DNA of 64,000 nucleotides from Macrostomum lignano (taxonomy: Eukaryota), in NCBI GenBank assembly GCA_002269645.1, contig NIVC01001367.1:62001-126000 (forward strand). Reading direction: 5' to 3'. The translations under genes and the position numbers were made by a program. Of the stretch, positions 57,375-64,000 are shown one piece after another; within the stretch, counting starts at the first letter, position 1; the number at the start of each line of letters is the position of its first letter. The notes under the pieces are model-generated. The model did no database searches. It was not told the DNA's origin and saw only the letters and a list, made by a program, of their open reading frames with translations.

Positions 57375-58690
57375 CCTGACACAGTACAATCTGCACCAAA
57401 GTGACAGTTGGAATGATGCCTGACACAGTACAATCTGCACCAAAGTGACAGTTGGAATGATGCCTGACACAGTACAATCTGCACCAAAGTGACAGTTGGA
57501 ATGATGCCTGACACAGTACAATCTGCACCAAAGTGACAGTTAGAATGATGCCTGACACAGTACAATCTGCACCAAAGTGACAGTTGGAATGATGCCTGAC
57601 ACAGTAAAATCTGCACCAAAGTGACAGTTGGAATGATGCCTGACACAGTACAATCTGCACCAAACTGACAGTTGGAATGATGCCTGACACAGTACAATCT
57701 GCACCAAAGTGACAGTTGGAATGATGCCTGACACAGTACAATCTGCACCAAAGTGACAGTTGGAATGACGCCTGACACAGTACAATCTGCACCAAACTGA
57801 CAGTTGGAATGATGCCTGACACAGTACAATCTGCACCAAACTGACAGTTGGAATGATGCCTGACACAGTACAATCTGCACCAAAGTGACAGTTGGAATGA
57901 CGCCTGACACAGTACAATCTGCACCAAAGTGACAGTTAGAATGATGCCTGACACAGTACAATCTGCACCAAACTGACAGTTGGAATGATGCCTGACACAG
58001 TACAATCTGCACCAAAGTGACAGTTGGAATGACGCCTGACACAGTACAATCTGCACCAAAGTGACAGTTGGAATGACGCCTGACACAGTACAATCTGCAC
58101 CAAAGTGACAGTTGGAATGATGCCTGACACAGTACAATCTGCACCAAAGTGACAGTTGGAATGACGCCTGACACAGTACAATCTGCACCAAAGTGACAGT
58201 TGGAATGATGCCTGACACAGTACAATCTGCACCAAACTGACAGTTGGAATGATGCCTGACACAGTACAATCTGCACCAAAGTGACAGTTGGAATGATGCC
58301 TGACACAGTACAATCTGCACCAAACTGACAGTTGGAATGATGCCTGACACAGTACAATCTGCACCAAAGTGACAGTTGGAATGACGCCTGACACAGTACA
58401 ATCTGCACCAAAGTGACAGTTGGAATGATGCCTGACACAGTACAATCTGCACCAAACTGACAGTTGGAATGATGCCTGACACAGTACAATCTGCACCAAA
58501 GTGACAGTTGGAATGGCGCCTGACACAGTAAAATCTGCACCAAAGTGACAGTTGGAATGATGCCTGACACAGTACAATCTGCACCAAACTGACAGTTGGA
58601 ATGGCGCCTGACACAGTACAATCTGCACCAAACTGACAGTTGGAATGATGCCTGACGCAGTACAATCTGCACCAAAGTGACAGTTGGGAT
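57375..58690. repeat. 44-bp minisatellite (~30 copies)
   Basis: TGACACAGTACAATCTGCACCAAAGTGACAGTTGGAATGATGCC. Confidence 0.97.
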
Positions 58691-58817
58691 AATGCAATGC
58701 AATGGGATGGGATGCAATGGGATAATGCAATGGCATAATGTAATATGTTGATAAGTGTTGATAAGCCTTTAAACTGCTGGAAGAATATCTAGGTCGTTAA
58801 AACCTAGCGACCGTATT

Positions 58818-58850
<33 letters not shown>
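58818..58850. repeat. (TTG)n microsatellite
   Basis: Direct. Confidence 0.93.
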
Positions 58851-58851
<1 letters not shown>

Positions 58852-59839
58852 CGTCGTCAAAAAGCCTATACCCTAACTGTCAATTTCAACTGTTTAACAC
58901 GAGTCGATATCAAATGAAAGCTCTGTAGATTCGTGGCGCACTGCAGATCCATAAAATAGGAGCCTCAAAGAATTCAGTAATAAATGATGCACTTGTAATC
59001 ACAGTAATTTTAATGTGTTCGTGCATGAAATCTACGGTAGAATTTACTTAAGTCCAGACCCAAGCAACTGAGGATTGTGAGTTCCCCACTTAGTCTCTCT
59101 TGCGCAAGAGTCCCCCAATGCGAAACGCCCTAACTAAGTTCATCATTTGACTGGGACTGGTACCCATTTTTTTGCCTGGCATAGTGTCACTGATTTTCGA
59201 GAATCGTTATACATGCTTTTTAATCGAATAGGACCGTTAGCCCCGTCTCGTGAGTAGAGGCTTCTTGGGATGTACATTACGCAAATGCTGGTGGCAGCTG
59301 CGTCTTTAAAGCATGTTACAAACACCCTTTTGGTCCTCCCTGTGGGACTTCGACTGCAACGCCACATTCAATGTCCAAACCAAATCATCCTCTCACGGAT
59401 GTTTCAAGAGACTAAGGCCTGATTCCTGTAGCAAGCGGGTACAGAAAGCTCTTTCGAAGTTTTCCTCGACTATTGTAATAAATTAATTCGTTCGATCCCA
59501 GCTAGGGGCTCTATCTGGTACTCGTAGCTGCCGCGGTGGGACGGGTTGGCGAAGAGGAAGATTGCATTATATTTTAGGCTCCAATTCGAACTCCAACCAA
59601 TCAAGGACTACTCAAGCAACATATATATAGGACGCTACACTCTAAATCTTTGGTAAATGTTTTGAAGGCAGCTTTTCACCGAAAAATACACTACAGAGAT
59701 AGGAGGTTTTCATTTTTCAGCACAAAAATTGTTATTGCTTTTGATAGGAGGCAGATCCAGTGTTCATCTTTTGATATGTTGTGCCTTTCTTATTGCTCTA
59801 TCAATATTCATAAAGCTTTTCGTTCAGAAATAGTTTTAA

Positions 59840-60745
59840 CTAGCAGGTTGACCCGCTTTGCGGGTCCCAAACAATTTTTCAAGCAAGCATTTTTCTTGAT
59901 CTTTGACAACCCGCGAGAAGACAGAAATATCAGCCAGAGACAGCCCTCTAGAAAACAGACACATGAAGCAGAGACAACCCGCTAGAAAGCAGGTAACAAT
60001 TTTACCCGCTCCACGGGTCCAAACAAAAACACTATCGGTAGATTGTAACGTCTGCCATTATACAGCTTACAACAGCACCCGTTAGACAACCCGTTTACAA
60101 CAGTTTACTGTTGCTGTTAGACAGTTTAAAACAGCGAAATTAAATTCAATTTTAATTACCTGCCAGGGAGGTGGACTCAGCCATATATGCTTCGGCACTG
60201 CAGTCAAATTGCAGTGATAGGCTGCTCAATGTGCAGGCAGAGCCAATGCACAGTTGAGTGAAATCTATAAATAGCAATTGTCTATGCAGTCCGCCAGTCA
60301 GCCCGGGTCAGGATGTACACACGCAGCCACTGAGCATTTTTCCCTCCACACAGTGGCGCAATACTTCAATACTTTTACAGTGCACTGGCTGATTTCTCTC
60401 CCTTATGCAAAAAAGCAAGTTTTCGAATACTCGTATTTAATTATTTATAGCTCGTAGCATCAGCTCAAGAAGTTTAAGTGTAGCCTATGGCCATTGACGT
60501 ATTTTTATTTTATTTAAGCACTCACTGCGAGAAAAATACACTAAATAGATAGGGAAAATACAGTTTTTCAAATATTAATCCTTTTAGCAATGAGGTAGAG
60601 CTTAATAAAATTACATGTACCGTCCCGGGCACATTTGACACTTTTGGCGAAGAAATGGAGAAAATTGATCAGGCCAATCGGCTTAAAACGTGAAATTTCT
60701 GGACAAATAAACAAACAAACATAGTTGAATAGCTCTAGTTAATAC
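59840..60745 (-). mobile_element. Probable non-autonomous Helitron-like element
   Basis: Minus strand ends GACCCGC-AAA-GCGGGTC hairpin, then AACCTG CTAG|T at 59840, the canonical Helitron 3' end. (TTTG)n tract near 60705-60720 at the presumed 5' end; the 5' boundary is uncertain. Confidence 0.45.
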
Positions 60746-60756
60746 AGACTGGCATA

Positions 60757-61680
60757 TAGGGATTCCAAAATCCCGACATTTTACAATCCCGGGATTGAAT
60801 AGTCCCGAAATCCCGATGCTGTTGAAATCCCGGGATTCAAAATCCCGGAATCCCGGTGCTTTTGCAATCCCGGGATTAAAAATCCCGGGATTCGATTCCC
60901 AAAAAAATCCCGGGATTCAAATCCCGGATTTTTGGCCCCAATCCCGGGATCCCGGGATTGGAATCCCTAAATTGCTAGACGGACTGTGCGGCGTGCCGCG
61001 TGCAGTAGTCATGGTCTCGCGACTCTCAGAGTCTCAGGGCCTTTTCATATTACCAATTCCAGAACCAGAATCGGTTCGGAATTCCAAGAAAAACAGCAGT
61101 ATAACTATTAAACTCTGTTAATATTTGACTGCCTTAACAGCCTCACTTAGCACAATTTTTCACTTTCTTGTTGGCGACTGTCATTCAATAATAAAAACTT
61201 TATAGCACGTATCTCCCTCTAGTTATGGAGACAAAAAGTTTATACTTCACAAATTGGTTCTTGTTCTGGAACCAGAGCAAGCAATATGAAAAGGCCCTCA
61301 GTCTCGTCTCGTGGTAGAAAACGAAAAAAAGTTAAAATTATCTATAATTTACAGTTCACATTAACAATTTTTAGCTCAATTAGGACAGGAGCTTTGCAAA
61401 TGTTTAACGTTTCATTGAGAAACAGCAAAAACAAATAAATGTTTTATTATTCAAATAAACGTTTAGACTTTAAATTATCTAATTTAGGCATTGAAAGGTC
61501 GTTCTAATCCCGGACCAATCCCGGGATTAAGGCCTTGAAATCCCGGGATCCCGATCCCGGTCTTTTGCAATCCCGGGATTAAAAATCCCGGGATTCGATT
61601 CCCAAAAAAATCCCGGGATTCAAATCCCGGATTTTTGGCCCCAATCCCGGGATCCCGGGATCCCGGGATTGGAATCCCTA
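60757..61680. mobile_element. Non-autonomous hAT-type DNA transposon (924 bp)
   Basis: TIRs TAGGGATTCC...GGAATCCCTA, perfect 8-bp TSD CTGGCATA (60749-60756 and 61681-61688), and dense ATCCCGGGAT subterminal palindromes. Confidence 0.9.
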
Positions 61681-62664
61681 CTGGCATACCAATTCCCCCT
61701 CTAAAACACGCTTTTAATATTGTCACGTTATTGGCATAGAGGCTATGACCCTTAGAAGGGCCGTTTTACGAGAGTTGTCGTAAGTCGTAGTCCCAAAATG
61801 AATCGAGTCAAGTCTTGAGAAGCGGATTGTGTAGCGGAGCACTTGGCGTACAAGGCAGGGAACTGCCGTAGTTGATTTATTGTTGAGATCAATATTTAAA
61901 TTGGTTAATGTCAATACAGAACTTATTGCGCTTTGGGACACTGGCGGCTGCAACAATGGTTTTGAATTGAAGGTGAGTTAGAAATTGCAGTCGAGTGGCA
62001 GGCGAGTGATGCAAGGCGATGCAACGTGGTGAGTAACGGCGATGAGCACAGAAGAGGCAGATGCGTAGTGGTGAGATTGGCGTTAGCCGTGGCAGTACAC
62101 AGTAGAGTACAGTGTGTAAACAGGCTGGCCCAGACAAAGGAGCCGTGGCGAGAGATAAGGAGGCTCGAGGCAGCCAAGAGAGAGAGAAGGAAAACGAGAG
62201 CCAGACGCCCGAAGCCAGAGGAGAGGGGAGGCGCCCCCCAGCCCGCCGCCAGGCGGGGGTTAATAAAGAGCGCAGAGGGCTAGCAATATACACGCGGAGA
62301 TTTTTCATTGGCTGGCGAGAGGACTTGAAATTATCGATCGTGGTAAAATTTACAGACGAACGCAAGGCCTACCAAATACACAGTGAATTAGCAATTGATT
62401 CAGATCATTTGCACGCTACTACAAGTAAACGTTAAAATAAACTATTGGAGAAACTTAGATGAGACATTGCGAGGGAAACTATAGTCCAACGGCCATTTTG
62501 CGGGACCACTTAAACTAGCAACGTCACAATATCTTAGAAAATAAAAAACTATCAAACCGAATCACACTATGTTCTATTATCACTATTATCACGCTATGTT
62601 TTCACCTAGATATCCCCCTATATTATTCCCTATATACTACGCCTTAAATAACTCTTACTACCCC

Positions 62665-62937
62665 CTTGATATATCTAGCTATCTCTTGATATCCCCTGCT
62701 ATTCATTGACATTTCTAGCCAATCCCATCGATATCTCTAGCTATCTCTTGATATCCCCTGCTATTCATTGACATTTCTAGCCAATCCCATCGATATCTCT
62801 AGCTATCTCTTGATATCCCCTGCTATTCATTGATATCTCTAGCCAATCCCATCGATATCTCTAGCTATCTCTTGATATCCCCTGCTATTCATTGACATCT
62901 CTAGCCAATCCCATCGATATCTCTAGCTATCTCTTGC
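62665..62937. repeat. 62-bp tandem repeat x~4.5
   Basis: GATATCTCTAGCTATCTCTTGATATCCCCTG recurs at 62730 and 62792. Confidence 0.92.
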
Positions 62938-63116
62938 AATTTTCCATTGATATACCCTGCTCTCCCCACGAAATGTCATGCTACTCTCTCGAAAATCGGG
63001 CTACCCCTTGAAAAATCATATCACATGCAATCTGCTGGAAATGCTGCTCACATGCTGCTCTAACGAGGCATTAATCGATTTTTCATGTTTAATTGGTCTT
63101 GTCATTATTTTAATCG

Positions 63117-63245
63117 GCGCCGCAGGCACTCATTTTGGCGCCGCAGGCACTCATTTTGGCGCCGCAGGCCCTCATTTTGGCGCCGCAGGCACTCATTTTG
63201 GCGCCGCAGGCACTCATTTGGCGCCGCAGGCACTCATTTTGGCGC
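63117..63245. repeat. 21-bp tandem repeat x6 (GGCGCCGCAGGCACTCATTTT)
   Basis: Direct. Confidence 0.92.
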
Positions 63246-64000
63246 AATTGCTTCATTTCGGCGCAGGAGGCAACTCAATTGCCTCCTGGTTTTTGGTATC
63301 CGCCGCGCCCAACCCCACCCCCAGGCGATTGGGGGGGGCCCTGGCTACGCCACTGAGTTGTCCTTGCAACCAATACGAGTATGCAGCGACCCCAGCGAGT
63401 ACGTGTATAGTTACAGTTATTTACTTATCGATCACATAGTTAGATACCTACCGGCTACCGACAAACCATTTTTAGTATAGGATTAGAGATTTAGTATATT
63501 TGGAAGACAAATCTTAGACAATTAGTATAGCTAGTTGGATAGTTCATGCAATGAAATAGTTTGTGAACTTCCGTTTTTAAATTTTTGCGAAAAAATTGTA
63601 AAACAAAATTTTCATCCTCTTTTACTGAATTTTGTTCATTGATCCATAAATGTTTTGATTATCTTATGAAATATTGAATTTACATTTGCTTTTATTATTT
63701 TAGTTGCATATTTCTTCATCTTTTTAAATGTAAAATATAACAACAATATTCTTATTATCGTGACTTAAATTAGACATTAACTCATGTTTCCGACTTATTT
63801 CGACAGTATATACACCGATGTTTGTGACCAATTATTACACGGTAACATGCTAGTAATCTTAATATTATAGAATTTGAAAACGCCATTTTGTGCTTTTACG
63901 AATTATTCCTTCCAATAGGCCTAACATTAGTTCAACCTAGCCATTTTTTAACTTTGCATATTAAATTTAAAGCCCAGTTAGTTTTAACCAGTTTTGTATT

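Noticed and set aside
57274-58736. 463- and 467-aa Cys-rich ORFs
   Set aside because: Translations of the 44-bp minisatellite with no splice or codon-bias support.
61889-62435. Overlapping ORFs of 84-158 aa
   Set aside because: Low-complexity sequence with no GC3 bias, splice support or recognisable motif.
63330-63360. CAGTGGCGTAGC-type terminus of a DNA transposon on the minus strand
   Set aside because: No partner TIR or TSD found in the window.
1-64000. rRNA, tRNA or snoRNA genes (including a U8-like RNA near TMEM107 as in mammals)
   Set aside because: No recognisable structure or box motifs seen by eye; a covariance-model search would be needed to exclude them.

Overview
Eukaryotic genomic DNA with spliceosomal introns, the standard code and mostly GC3-rich exons. 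About a third of it (~22 kb by my hand tally) is short, mutually unrelated minisatellites. The style suggests a free-living flatworm such as Macrostomum, which is an inference only. Reconstructed by hand from GT-AG sites and phase checks: a minus-strand run of five co-directional ORFs (NDUFS3, an unknown single-TM microprotein, MED18, a ~1189-aa triple-Tudor/CCCH protein, DDRGK1); TMEM107 head-to-head with NDUFS3 and carrying two duplicated alternative last exons; a 20-exon ~1653-aa PH-coiled-coil-TBC RabGAP (TBC1D2-like) with a C-terminal beta-propeller-like region; and a 6-exon GPI-anchored protein with four Ly6/uPAR-like repeats. Mobile elements: a full-length decayed mariner, a non-autonomous hAT element with an 8-bp TSD, and a probable Helitron end. 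The most unusual pattern is that several minisatellites appear to be amplified exon/intron junctions, giving tandem arrays of 5' splice sites. Most long ORFs in the supplied track are repeat artefacts. No rRNA, tRNA or CRISPR array was seen.
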